From positions 992,001 through 1,056,000 of the forward strand of contig CAVUMN010000004.1 of the NCBI GenBank assembly GCA_963742735.1: DNA of 64,000 nucleotides, read 5' to 3'. Made by a program: the position numbers and the translations under genes. Below are positions 51,265-60,917 of the stretch, in pieces. This DNA is from an uncultured Actinomycetes bacterium. GTDB lineage: Bacteria > Actinomycetota > UBA4738 > JBBDTT01. A model generated the notes under the pieces. It was not told the origin of the DNA. It saw nothing but the letters and a program-made list of their open reading frames with translations, and searched no databases. Position 1 is the stretch's first letter, and each line of letters begins with the position of its first letter.

Positions 51265-53456
51265 TTCGAGGGCGAGGCGGTGCAGGCAGGGTCGGTGAAG
51301 GGTCCTTCGTCGAGCCGATCGAGATCGACCCGGATGACCTCGTAGCTCTGGTCGATGGTGATCCACGCGGCCTGGCCGCCGACCCCAACGCCCAGGAGAG
51401 GCCCCACCACTCCAATATTCGCGTAGGCCGGCTCGTTCTCGATGGCTACGAGTGCGACGGTCTGCGACCGACCATCGGAAGGATCAAGTCGTACCAACTC
51501 GAGGCAGGGGGTCGTTTCAGAAGGGCGAACCACCCAGACGCCGCCCTCTCCCACGGCGAACCAGGCGAACCAGCGCTGGAGGTCCTCATTGGTATGGGTG
51601 ATCTCGCCGGTCGCGGGATCGATGCGAACCAAGGCTGACGGTCCCAACCCGGTGGCATGCACCCACACGGCTCCCTCGCCGACCGCGAGCCTGTGTCCGC
51701 CCCATCGATAGTGCGGCCTGATCTTGGGCTGGAGGTGGATCTCCTCCGTCGCGGGGTCGAACCGGGCGAGCTCGCCGTCGAACTTGCCCCCGATCTTGCC
51801 GAGTGCCCACAGCGAGCCCTCGCCGAATGCGGTTCCCTGGCAGCATGCCCACCCATCGATCATCAAGGAGACCGAGTTCGTCTCCGGATCGATCCGTCGC
51901 AGATGCCCGTCCCTGCCGTCGCTAGTGGTGACCCAGAGCGATCCGGCTCCGAAGGCGATCCCGAAGATGGCTTGGGGGAGGTCGATGGTGGCTACCAAGT
52001 CGAGGGTGGTTGGGTCGATGCGAAAGATCGTGGTCTCGTTCCCGCAGTCCGGCCCGGCACTCGTGCATGACGCGGTCCAGATAGAGCCGGCCCCCGCCGC
52101 GATGAAACCGGCATGCCCGGCTGCCCGGACCCGCGTGATCTCGCCGGTCTCCACATCGATCCGCGCCAGACCCATACCCGTCTCCGGGTACTGGACCGTG
52201 AACCACGCTGCCCCGTATGCCACGACGACCGGTCGGATGGGGCGCCCGCCCATGTCGAAATGGCGGACGGCCGGTCGCGGGGGAGGCTCGTCCTTCGAGC
52301 GGAGATCGATCCGCACAAGCTCGCCTTCGGTGTAGTTCGAGAACCAGAGCGTTCCTCCGCCGATGGCGCTGAACAATGGATCGCCCCCGGCCAAGCCTTT
52401 CGAGGCGAACGACGGATTTCCCACGGAACCAGGGATGGTGGTCTTGGGTCCAACCGCGCCCGACTGAGGATCGATACGCCGAATGGAGATCTCGTTGCCT
52501 TGGGAGCGCGACCCCACCCACACGGAGCCATCACCCACCCCGAGCATCTCTCCTTCCCCGGCTTCGACCGTGGCCGAGACGAGCTTCGTGGCCGGGTCGA
52601 CCTTCCATACGCGCCCGTCGCAGCTCGTCGTCCATACCGAGCCCTCGCCGGCAGCGATGGAGCCGAAGTGTGAGCACGGCTCGGGGCCCTCGATCGTCTC
52701 CTGGCCACCCGTGGCGAGATCCACCTTGGCCATACCGCCACCACGTGCCGTCCAGAGGGCCCCGAATCCGCCTGCGAACAGGAGGCTCTGACAGCAGTCG
52801 ATCCGGCGCTCCACGACGCCCCCACGAACGACGGCCAGCCCCTCCTCGTCCTCGGTCCAGACTGCGACCCGGTCGCCGACGACCGCGATCGAGGTCGGCG
52901 AGCTTGCAGGGCCAACATCCACACGGCCAACCTCCGTGCCGCCAGGCCCAAGCTCCACCAGGGCGGCCCGTGCGCAACTCCCTAGCGCAGTCGGCGGCGC
53001 ATCTCGCACACAGGCCAACGCCCAAGCCCGGTCACCGGATGCGCCGACCGCCATGACCCAGGCGCCCACGTCGAGGCGGCGAACATCACCGGTGACGCGG
53101 TCGACGCGAAACAGCGCATCGGCGTCCGTGCCCTCGCCCTGGCGGAGGCTCGCGATCGCCCAGGCGGCATGATCATTGGCGGCTATCAGCTGGGGTGGCG
53201 CACCCAGGGGGATGCGAGTGATCTCACCCAACTCGGTGAGTCCCGACGAGGGCTGCGGGTCGTCGAGGCCGCGGAGGGAGAACAGCGCCCAGGTCGAGCC
53301 GCTCAGGACGACGATCACCGTGGCGGCCGCAGTCCCACGTCGGAGAAGGGACCGGCGGCGGCCGCGGGCCATCAGTCGCCCAAGCGGTGGGGCGTCGTCT
53401 ACCCGGAGGGATCGTCCCGCTCGGCCAAGTCGTTCTCGAAGGTCAGCTTCGTTCAT
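51261..53456 (-). CDS. membrane-anchored double beta-propeller protein (putative anti-sigma/sensor)
   Basis: short N-terminus, one TM helix, repeated AxGEGSxW...RIDPxT blades; overlaps the ECF. Confidence 0.75.
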   Translation of the reverse strand: MNEADLRERLGRAGRSLRVDDAPPLGRLMARGRRRSLLRRGTAAATVIVVLSGSTWALFSLRGLDDPQPSSGLTELGEITRIPLGAPPQLIAANDHAAWAIASLRQGEGTDADALFRVDRVTGDVRRLDVGAWVMAVGASGDRAWALACVRDAPPTALGSCARAALVELGPGGTEVGRVDVGPASSPTSIAVVGDRVAVWTEDEEGLAVVRGGVVERRIDCCQSLLFAGGFGALWTARGGGMAKVDLATGGQETIEGPEPCSHFGSIAAGEGSVWTTSCDGRVWKVDPATKLVSATVEAGEGEMLGVGDGSVWVGSRSQGNEISIRRIDPQSGAVGPKTTIPGSVGNPSFASKGLAGGDPLFSAIGGGTLWFSNYTEGELVRIDLRSKDEPPPRPAVRHFDMGGRPIRPVVVAYGAAWFTVQYPETGMGLARIDVETGEITRVRAAGHAGFIAAGAGSIWTASCTSAGPDCGNETTIFRIDPTTLDLVATIDLPQAIFGIAFGAGSLWVTTSDGRDGHLRRIDPETNSVSLMIDGWACCQGTAFGEGSLWALGKIGGKFDGELARFDPATEEIHLQPKIRPHYRWGGHRLAVGEGAVWVHATGLGPSALVRIDPATGEITHTNEDLQRWFAWFAVGEGGVWVVRPSETTPCLELVRLDPSDGRSQTVALVAIENEPAYANIGVVGPLLGVGVGGQAAWITIDQSYEVIRVDLDRLDEGPFTDPACTASPSN

Positions 53457-53937
53457 CGTCGGCTTCCACCTTGCTGAGCGTCTTGCGTAGGCGGTCCATC
53501 CCCTGGGAGGTCAGGGCGCGGACGGTGCCCTCCTTCTTGTGCAAGGCCACCGCCGTCTCGGCGACCGACAGATCCGCGTAGAACCGCAGCACGATGGCCG
53601 TGCGCTGGGCTGGGGAGAGTCCGCGGAGGGCGGCCAGCAGCTCCTCGTCGGCCGGCTCGGGTGGGTCGACCGCCTCCGTAGATACTTGCGTACGCAAATA
53701 TCGGTTCTCCTTACGCCTCCATGACAACGCCAGGTTGCCGGCGACCCGTTGGAGCCACGCGGCCGGACGGTCCAGGTTCTCCACTGCTCGCCAGCGCTCG
53801 TAGGCGCGGGCGAAGGTTTCCTGGGCCACGTCGAGGGCCTCCTCGCGGTCGCCGGTGATCAGCCAGGCCGTGCGAACGACGGCCGCGTACTCCTCGCGGC
53901 ACAGCGCCTCGAAGGCTTCGCGACGGGTGGCGTTCAC
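53443..53937 (-). CDS. ECF sigma factor (SigE-like)
   Basis: LDVAQETFARAYERW; LSPAQRTAIVLRFYADLS...EGTVR. Confidence 0.9.
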   Translation of the reverse strand: MNATRREAFEALCREEYAAVVRTAWLITGDREEALDVAQETFARAYERWRAVENLDRPAAWLQRVAGNLALSWRRKENRYLRTQVSTEAVDPPEPADEELLAALRGLSPAQRTAIVLRFYADLSVAETAVALHKKEGTVRALTSQGMDRLRKTLSKVEADDERS

Positions 53938-53991
53938 CGATTCACTCTGTACGACGCTCGGCGTGCCTGCCGCGCTTAGGGTGCGGGTCGC

Positions 53992-54681
53992 CTATTGCGA
54001 ATGCCAGATCCGGCCCAGGGCCCAGACCACCAAGGCGGCTGCCGCGGAGACCAGGCTGATCGTGACGAACACCGGGTTGTTCTCCCAGGGGCCCACCTCG
54101 AAAGGCGTGACGCCGAAGGGCTTCAGGTAGCCGCCCAGCCACCATCCCAGGAACATCACCACGGCCAGGACCGTCAGGGACAGCACCGCGGCGCGCCACA
54201 GGTTGCGCGGCAGTCGGCGGAGTTCAGCCTCCGCGTCGCGGCGGACCCGCGGCGGGACGAACGGCTCGCCCCGGCGGACGCGGAGGATCCCGTTCACGCC
54301 GAACCAGATCACGGCGACGATCGCCGCCAGGAACGGCAGGGCTTTCGTCCAGGCGTCGAACACTCCGCGATGCGCGACGTCGAACGGGTCCCACACCCTC
54401 GACAGCGCCCAGAACGCCCCCATGGCCGCGAGGAAGATCCCGAGCGCGAGCAGCAGGTTCCGGCCCGGTCCTCGTAGAAAGAACTCGCCGGCATCCTCCG
54501 CGATCGAGGTTTCCTTCCACGGGTCGACGTCGGGCTCGGCGGAGGGGTCCAGCGGTTCGGCCGGCGGGAGCTCCTTCGTGTTCACCCAGTCCGACCGCAC
54601 CGGATCCCACCGCGCGAAGCCGGTGCCGCGCTGGATCCAGTAGGTCCCGCCGCGCTCGAACGGCGCCTCCGGCTCAGTCAC
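53992..54681 (-). CDS. hypothetical membrane protein with Trp-rich N-terminal motif
   Basis: four TM segments; ERGGTYWIQRGTGFARWD. Confidence 0.7.
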   Translation of the reverse strand: MTEPEAPFERGGTYWIQRGTGFARWDPVRSDWVNTKELPPAEPLDPSAEPDVDPWKETSIAEDAGEFFLRGPGRNLLLALGIFLAAMGAFWALSRVWDPFDVAHRGVFDAWTKALPFLAAIVAVIWFGVNGILRVRRGEPFVPPRVRRDAEAELRRLPRNLWRAAVLSLTVLAVVMFLGWWLGGYLKPFGVTPFEVGPWENNPVFVTISLVSAAAALVVWALGRIWHSQ

Positions 54682-55306
54682 GCTTCACCCACCGCCGTAG
54701 CGAGACCAGGAGCCATCCGGCGGCGATGACGCACGCCACCATCGCCGTCTCCCTGCTTCGGACCAGCTCGCCGGCGGTCAGACCGGTCGCGCGCGAGACA
54801 CCCCAGAAGGTGAGGAAGGCGCCGCCGAGCAGGATCGCCGCCCCCGCCACCAGCCCGAACGGCGGGTCGACGAATCTGCCCACGGTCACCGCCAGGGAGA
54901 GGAACCCCGTGGCCGCGACCGTCGCGCCGAGCAGCACCAGCAGCACGTCGCCGAGCCGGACCTCTCCGGTCAGCCACGGGACGAAGAAGACGTTCCACAG
55001 CAGTGCGATCGGCAACAGGATCACCAGCACGAGGCCGAACAGGATCAGGCCGGGCCCGGCCGACTCGCCCCACGTGCGCAGGAAGTACCAGGCGGGCGAT
55101 CCCTCCGGGCCGCCGTCCGGCGGGGGCGCGTAGACGCCGGAGCTCTCCGGCTCGAGCGGCGCGACGTCGCCGGGCCCGGTCATCTGCGCCGCCCAGTCGT
55201 TCGTAGTGTTGTCCCATCGCGCCCAGGACCCGTCGCGGGCCTGCGCCCACCACGCACCGTCGCGCTCGACCTTCCTGCGCCACCTCATCGGGAGGCGATT
55301 CGACAT
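54674..55306 (-). CDS. hypothetical membrane protein with Trp-rich N-terminal motif
   Basis: four TM segments; ERDGAWWAQARDGSWARWD. Confidence 0.7.
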   Translation of the reverse strand: MSNRLPMRWRRKVERDGAWWAQARDGSWARWDNTTNDWAAQMTGPGDVAPLEPESSGVYAPPPDGGPEGSPAWYFLRTWGESAGPGLILFGLVLVILLPIALLWNVFFVPWLTGEVRLGDVLLVLLGATVAATGFLSLAVTVGRFVDPPFGLVAGAAILLGGAFLTFWGVSRATGLTAGELVRSRETAMVACVIAAGWLLVSLRRWVKRD

Positions 55307-55340
55307 GGGGCGATTCTGACCTGCGGATACCATCGAGCCC

Positions 55341-57995
55341 ATGACCACGCCGGAGGTCCTCGGGCGCGCCCTGGCGGCCGCCCCGGACCCGGAGCGCGCC
55401 CGCGTCGCGCTGTCGCGCGTCGGGGAGGACCCCGCGGCCCGCGAGGCGCTGGCCGACCCGGCGATCCTGGACCGGGCGCTGCCGGTGCTCGGCATCTCCA
55501 CCGCCGTGACGGACTTCCTGGTGGCCCATCCGGAGGAGGTCGCCCTGTTCGCCGACGTCGAGCCCCGTGATCGCGGGACGCTCCTCGCTGAAGCGGCCGC
55601 GGACGTGGAGCGCCTCGGCGCCGAGGCCGGCCTGCGCAGGTTCCGGCGAAGGGCGATGGCCCGCGTCACCGCGCGCGATCTGGCGGGGGAGTCGCTCGAC
55701 GATGTCGTGGCCGAGATCTCCGCGGTAGCCGAGGCGTGCCTGCAGGCCGCGCTGGCCGAGGTCGGCGACGACCTCACCGTCATCGGGATGGGCAAGCTCG
55801 GCGGGGAGGAGCTCAACTACTCGAGCGACGTGGACGTGCTCTTCGTCCACCCCGGGAGCGGCGGCGACGCCCAGGACCGGGCCGGCAAGGCCGCCGCGAA
55901 GCTGATGCGGCTCTTGAGCGACCCGACCCGCGACGGCGTGTCGCTCCGAGTCGACGCCGACCTCCGCCCCGAGGGGCGCGCCGGGGCGCTCTCCCGGTCC
56001 CTGCCGGCGATGCTCGACTACTACGAGCGCCACGCCGAGACGTGGGAGCGCCAGGCCCTGGTCAAGGCCCGGCCGGCGGCGGGCGACCGGGAGATCGGCG
56101 CGGCGTTCCTGGAGGGCGTGGCCCCGTTCGTCTACCCCGAGCGCCTGGCGCCGACGGCGATCGAGGACGTCCGGCGCATGAAGGTCCGGGTCGAGGAGTA
56201 CGTCCGCAGCCGCGGCCGGGCGGACGTGAAGCGGAGCCCGGGCGGGATCCGGGACGTGGAGTTCTCGGTCCAGCTTCTGCAGCTGGTCCACGGGCGGCGC
56301 GACGCGGCCCTGCGCGTGACCGGGACGCTGCCTGCGCTGGCGGCGCTGGCCGAGCACGGCTACGTCGCCGAGTCGGACGCCGAACGATTGGCCGACTCCT
56401 ACCGGTTCCTCAGGCGCCTGGAGCACCGGCTGCAGATGGTCCGTGACCTGCAGACCCACGACCTGCCCGAGGACCCCGCGGCCCTGACGGTGATCGCCCG
56501 TTCGCTCCGGCTCGCCGACGGTCCGGCCCTCGCCGAGGAGCACGGCCGCCACGCCGACGTCGTCCGCGGCATCCACGAGCGGCTGTTCTACCGGCCGCTG
56601 ATGGAGGCCTTCGCCGGCGCCGAGCCCCACCCCGGCGTCGACCGCGCGGCGACGGAGGAGCTCCTGGCCGGCCTTGGGTTCGCCGACCCGGCCGCCGCCT
56701 ACGGGCTGCTCGAGTCGCTCATCGAGCCGTCCACCCGCATGGGCAAGGTCCTCGGGACGCACTTCCCGATCCTGGCCCCGGGGCTGGCCACCGCCGCGAA
56801 TCCGGACCGCGCGCTGGTCCGCTTCGCGCGGGTGATCGAACCGCTTCGCGACGACGCCGGCCTGGCCGACGACCTGGCCGACCGCCCGGAGGCGATCCAG
56901 GACCTGGTCGCGCTGGTCGCGGCGAGCGACTCCTTCGCGGACGTGCTGGTCCGGCGGCCGGAGGTCGTCCGGGCGCTCGGGCCGGACGGCGAGGCCCCCG
57001 ACCCCGAGGCGGAGCTGGCCCGGCTGGCCGGGCGGTACGCGGCCGGAGCCCTTCCGGTCCCCGAGTCGGGGCGCGCGCTGTCCCGGGTGGCGGACCAGGT
57101 CGTGCGCCGTGCGGTCGAGGCCGCCGCGCCCGACGTGCCGATGGCCGTGATCGGCCTCGGCAAGTTCGGCGCCGAGGACCTGAACTTCGCGTCGGACCTC
57201 GACGTCCTGTTCGTCTACGAGGGGGAGGGACCGGAGGACTTCCAGGCCGCGGAGGCGGCGGCGGAACGGATCCTGGCCAACGTCCGGGAGGCCGGATACC
57301 AGGTCGACCCGGACCTGCGCCCGGAGGGCCGCAACGGCCCCCTGGCCCGCTCGGTGGAGTCCTACCAGGAGTACTGGGAGCGATGGGCGCTGCTGTGGGA
57401 GTTCCAGGCGCTCCTGCGGGCGCGCGCGGTGGCCGGCGACGAGGCCCTGGGCCGCCGCTTCGTCTCCCTGGCCGATGAGGTCGCGTACCCCGAGGCGCTG
57501 CCGAGCGACGCGGTGGCCCAGGTCCGGCGGATGCGGGTCCGCATCGAGGAGGAGCGGGTCCGGCCCCGCGAGGCCGTCCGGTTCCACTTCAAGCTCGGCT
57601 ACGGCGGGCTGGCGGACGTGCAGTTCGCCGTGGAGCTCTCGCTGCTGCGCCACGGGCGCGCCCACCCCGAGGTCCGGCGCCGCCACACCCTGGAGGCGAT
57701 CGAGGCCCTGGCCGAGGCCCGTCTGATCGAGGACAGCGTGGCCCTGTCGCTGAGCGAGGCTTACGTCTTCCTGAACGAGGTGAAGAACGCGCTGGAGCTC
57801 GAACGGCGGATGAGCGCGGAGTCGGTCCCGCCGGCACTGGAGGAGCAGGCGGCGCTCGCGCGGAGGCTGGGCTACGAAGAGCAGCCCCGCCGGCGGTTCC
57901 TGGAGGACTACCGCCGGATCACCCGCCGGGCCCGCCAGGCCATGGAGCGGGTGTTCTACGGCGAGGAACACCAGGAACCCTCGTACCGCACGTAG
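55341..57995 (+). CDS. glnE: glutamine synthetase adenylyltransferase/deadenylylase
   Basis: two nucleotidyltransferase domains GMGKLGGEELNYSSDVD and GLGKFGAEDLNFASDLD; LRPEG; WERQAL. Confidence 0.95.
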   Translation: MTTPEVLGRALAAAPDPERARVALSRVGEDPAAREALADPAILDRALPVLGISTAVTDFLVAHPEEVALFADVEPRDRGTLLAEAAADVERLGAEAGLRRFRRRAMARVTARDLAGESLDDVVAEISAVAEACLQAALAEVGDDLTVIGMGKLGGEELNYSSDVDVLFVHPGSGGDAQDRAGKAAAKLMRLLSDPTRDGVSLRVDADLRPEGRAGALSRSLPAMLDYYERHAETWERQALVKARPAAGDREIGAAFLEGVAPFVYPERLAPTAIEDVRRMKVRVEEYVRSRGRADVKRSPGGIRDVEFSVQLLQLVHGRRDAALRVTGTLPALAALAEHGYVAESDAERLADSYRFLRRLEHRLQMVRDLQTHDLPEDPAALTVIARSLRLADGPALAEEHGRHADVVRGIHERLFYRPLMEAFAGAEPHPGVDRAATEELLAGLGFADPAAAYGLLESLIEPSTRMGKVLGTHFPILAPGLATAANPDRALVRFARVIEPLRDDAGLADDLADRPEAIQDLVALVAASDSFADVLVRRPEVVRALGPDGEAPDPEAELARLAGRYAAGALPVPESGRALSRVADQVVRRAVEAAAPDVPMAVIGLGKFGAEDLNFASDLDVLFVYEGEGPEDFQAAEAAAERILANVREAGYQVDPDLRPEGRNGPLARSVESYQEYWERWALLWEFQALLRARAVAGDEALGRRFVSLADEVAYPEALPSDAVAQVRRMRVRIEEERVRPREAVRFHFKLGYGGLADVQFAVELSLLRHGRAHPEVRRRHTLEAIEALAEARLIEDSVALSLSEAYVFLNEVKNALELERRMSAESVPPALEEQAALARRLGYEEQPRRRFLEDYRRITRRARQAMERVFYGEEHQEPSYRT

Positions 57996-58045
57996 AATTC
58001 AAACGGAACAAGCAGGCGCCCGACCGGACAGCCGCGAGAGGTTCG

Positions 58046-58567
58046 ATGAAGAGGTTGCGTTCGACGGGGCGAGTGGCATTGCTGCTGACGGTCCTCACCG
58101 CCGCCACGTTCGGTCCGGCCCCCGCCGCGGACGCCGTGACGTCGCAGCTCTACTGCACGCTCGCCGCGCAGGTCACCTTCACGCCGGGGCTGTCGCTGAC
58201 ACCGAAGGCCCAGACCTTCTCGGGCTCGGGTCCGGTCGCGTGCGTGCGCAAGCCCGCCAACGCGTACGCGGGGACGATCTCCATCACCGGCACGACCTCG
58301 CCGCTCGACGTCTGCGCCACCGGCGCGGGGTCGGGGACGTTCTCGATGTCCCTCGCCGGCGCGCCCTCGCTCAACGTGACCGGGCGGTTCACGTTCCTGC
58401 GGGCCGGTCTGGCGATCGACGGGCCGATCACCCTCACCGGCAACGACTCGGGCTTCGGCAACCTCGACGTCACCCTGGTGCCGCTGCCCGGCCAGAATTG
58501 CGCACAGACGTCGCTCAAGAACGCGACGATGACCGGCACCGCCACCGCCAAGGGCACGATCCAGTAG
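58046..58567 (+). CDS. secreted hypothetical beta-rich protein
   Basis: signal peptide, four Cys, Thr/Gly-rich. Confidence 0.7.
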   Translation: MKRLRSTGRVALLLTVLTAATFGPAPAADAVTSQLYCTLAAQVTFTPGLSLTPKAQTFSGSGPVACVRKPANAYAGTISITGTTSPLDVCATGAGSGTFSMSLAGAPSLNVTGRFTFLRAGLAIDGPITLTGNDSGFGNLDVTLVPLPGQNCAQTSLKNATMTGTATAKGTIQ

Positions 58568-58615
58568 CGGGGCCCTTGGCCCCAGTCGGTCTCGTCTTCG
58601 ACCCCGTTCGACCCG

Positions 58616-58652
58616 GAAACGACGAGGGCCCGGCGTCTCGGCCGGACCCTCG
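58616..58652 (-). terminator. intrinsic terminator after glnA1
   Basis: GAGGGTCCGGC-loop-GCCGGGCCCTC followed by GTCGTTTC on the minus strand. Confidence 0.6.
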
Positions 58653-58678
58653 CGGAGTGAAGCTATTTGAGCGATCGC

Positions 58679-60100
58679 TCAAATATCATAGTAGAGCGCA
58701 AACTCGTACGGGTGGGGCCGGAGCCGCACCGCGTCGAGCTCGTGGATCCGCTTGTACTCGATCCAGGTGTCGATGACGTCCTGGGTGAACACCCCACCGT
58801 CGAGCAGGAACTGGTGGTCGCCCTCCAGCGCGTCGAGGACCTCCTCGAGGGAGCCGGGAACCTGCTTGACCAGCGCCGACTCCTCGGGCGGCAGGTCGTA
58901 CAGGTCCTTGTCGATCGGGTCCGGCGGCTCGATCTTGTTCTTGATCCCGTCCAGGCCGGCCATGAGCATCGCCGAGAACGCCAGGTACGGGTTCGCCGTC
59001 GGGTCGGGGGAGCGGAACTCCAGGCGCTTGGCTCCGGGGTTCTTGAAGAACACCGGGATCCGGATGCACGCGGAGCGGTTCCGCTGCGAGAACACCAGGT
59101 TGATCGGCGCCTCGTAGCCCGGGACCAGCCGGCGGTAGCTGTTCGTGGTCGGCGCCGCGAAGGCCAGGAGCGCCGGCGCGTGGTGCAGCAGCCCGCCGAT
59201 GTAGTGCCGCGCCATGTCCGAGATCTGGGCGTAGCCCAGCTCGTCCCAGAACAGGTTCTCCCCGTCCCGCCACAGCGACTGGTGCGTGTGCATCCCCGAG
59301 CCGTTGTCCTGGAAGATCGGCTTGGGCATGAACGTCACCGTCTTGCCGGCCTGCCGCGCCGTCTGCTTCACCACGTACTTGTAGCGAAGCACCCGATCGG
59401 CGGTCTCCAGGAGCTCGCCGTAGCGGATGTCGATCTCGGCCTGGCCGGCCGTGCCGACCTCGTGGTGCTGGACCTCGACCTCGATGCCGACCTTCTGGAG
59501 GTTCATGACCATCTCGGACCGCAGGTCCTGGTAGTGGTCCATGGGCGGCACCGGGAAGTAGCCCTCCTTGTACCGGGGCTTGTATCCCAGGTTGTGCCCA
59601 CCCTCCTCGGCGCCCGAGTTCCACGCGCCCTCGACGGCGTCGATGTAGTAGTAGCCGGAGTTCTGGGTCTGGTCGAAGCGGATGGAGTCGAAGATGTAGA
59701 ACTCGCACTCCGGGCCCCAGTAGGAGATGTCCGCGACGCCCGTCGACTTCAGGTGCGCCTCGGCCTTCTTCGCCACGAACCGCGGGTCGCGCGAGTACCA
59801 CTCACCGGTCACCGGGTCCTTGACGAAGCAGTTCAACACCAGGGTGGGGTGCTGCAGGAACGGGTCCATGAACGCCCCGTTCGGGTCGGGGACCAGGAGC
59901 ATGTCGGACTCCTGGATCTCCTGGAACCCGCGGATCGAGGAGCCGTCGAAGCCGAACCCGTCCTGGAAGCTCTCTTCCTCGAGCTGAGAGATCGGCACGG
60001 AGAAGTGCTGCCACAATCCCGGCAGGTCGCAGAAGCGGAGATCGACGATCTCGGCGCCCGCGTCCTTGGCGAGTGCCAGGGCGTCTTTCGGTTCGGCCAT
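58679..60100 (-). CDS. glnA: glutamine synthetase type I (GSI-beta, adenylylatable)
   Basis: [50 protein letters not shown] adenylylation Tyr. Confidence 0.96.
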   Translation of the reverse strand: MAEPKDALALAKDAGAEIVDLRFCDLPGLWQHFSVPISQLEEESFQDGFGFDGSSIRGFQEIQESDMLLVPDPNGAFMDPFLQHPTLVLNCFVKDPVTGEWYSRDPRFVAKKAEAHLKSTGVADISYWGPECEFYIFDSIRFDQTQNSGYYYIDAVEGAWNSGAEEGGHNLGYKPRYKEGYFPVPPMDHYQDLRSEMVMNLQKVGIEVEVQHHEVGTAGQAEIDIRYGELLETADRVLRYKYVVKQTARQAGKTVTFMPKPIFQDNGSGMHTHQSLWRDGENLFWDELGYAQISDMARHYIGGLLHHAPALLAFAAPTTNSYRRLVPGYEAPINLVFSQRNRSACIRIPVFFKNPGAKRLEFRSPDPTANPYLAFSAMLMAGLDGIKNKIEPPDPIDKDLYDLPPEESALVKQVPGSLEEVLDALEGDHQFLLDGGVFTQDVIDTWIEYKRIHELDAVRLRPHPYEFALYYDI

Positions 60101-60136
60101 GAGTGAACGCTCCCTTCGAGCTCGAGGTATCGGCGA

Positions 60137-60190
60137 AGACTATCCGGACGGCGTTGCCCGCGAGTTTCGGCGTTGTTAATTCCTGGTAAC
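60137..60190 (-). promoter_or_regulatory. GlnR box array and -10 element of the glnA1 promoter
   Basis: GTTAC-N6-TTAAC-N6-GAAAC-N6-GCAAC, then TAGTCT, on the minus strand. Confidence 0.75.
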
Positions 60191-60862
60191 GCGGACCTCG
60201 GCGCGGGGCTTGAACAGCGGGTTCGCCGCCAGCAGCAGGATCACCGCGAGCCCGCCGAGGATCGTCAGCGGCGGCTTCGCGGCGCTGTCCGCCGGAGGGG
60301 TCAGCGCGCCGGCGGCGATGGGGGGTGGGGCGGCGGGAGCGCCCCCGCCGGTGTCGCTTCCGAACGCGGGAAGGACCGTCGGCGTGGGGCTCGGCGTCGG
60401 CGAGGGCGAGGGCGCCTCGGTGGGCTCGGACGTCGGCGCCTCGGTGGGCTCGCTGGACAAGGTGGGCTCCGGCGACTCGAACGGGTCCGGCTCGTAGGAG
60501 GGCGTCTCCGTCGGCTCCGGGCCGGCGCCGCGAGCCGTGACCGCCCCCTTCATCGTGCTCGGGTGGTACTCGCACGTGTACGAGTAGGTCCCTTCCAGCG
60601 CGAAGTCGATGCTCTGCGAGCCGCCCGGGACCAGCAGGCGCTCGCCGGCGGGCCAGTTCGAGCTGGTGCCGATGATGTTGTGGACGTTCTCGCCGACGTT
60701 GGTCCACGTGACGCTGTCGCCGGGCTCGATGGTGACGTTGCTGGGACTGAACGTCGCGTCGTAGGCCACCACGCCCTTGGACTGGGCGAGCGAGATCGAC
60801 ACCGGGAGCACCACGAGGGCGCCGGCGGCCAGTGCCAGGGCAAGCAGGATTCGCGGACGCAT
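60176..60862 (-). CDS. secreted cupredoxin (type-1 copper) protein with Pro/Thr linker and C-terminal TM anchor
   Basis: VTIEPGDSVTWTN..HN; YTCEYHPSTM; PT/EPTE linker; TM helix. Confidence 0.85.
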   Translation of the reverse strand: MRPRILLALALAAGALVVLPVSISLAQSKGVVAYDATFSPSNVTIEPGDSVTWTNVGENVHNIIGTSSNWPAGERLLVPGGSQSIDFALEGTYSYTCEYHPSTMKGAVTARGAGPEPTETPSYEPDPFESPEPTLSSEPTEAPTSEPTEAPSPSPTPSPTPTVLPAFGSDTGGGAPAAPPPIAAGALTPPADSAAKPPLTILGGLAVILLLAANPLFKPRAEVRVTRN

Positions 60863-60917
60863 CTGCTTACTATTGCACCACACCCGCGGGGTGTTCCCCA
60901 TCGGCATTTTTTCGTAC

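Noticed and set aside
54678-57971. Long antisense and alternate-frame ORFs (here and opposite purL, nadE, glnA and others)
   Set aside because: Shadow ORFs expected in high-GC DNA; they overlap well-supported genes and have no motifs
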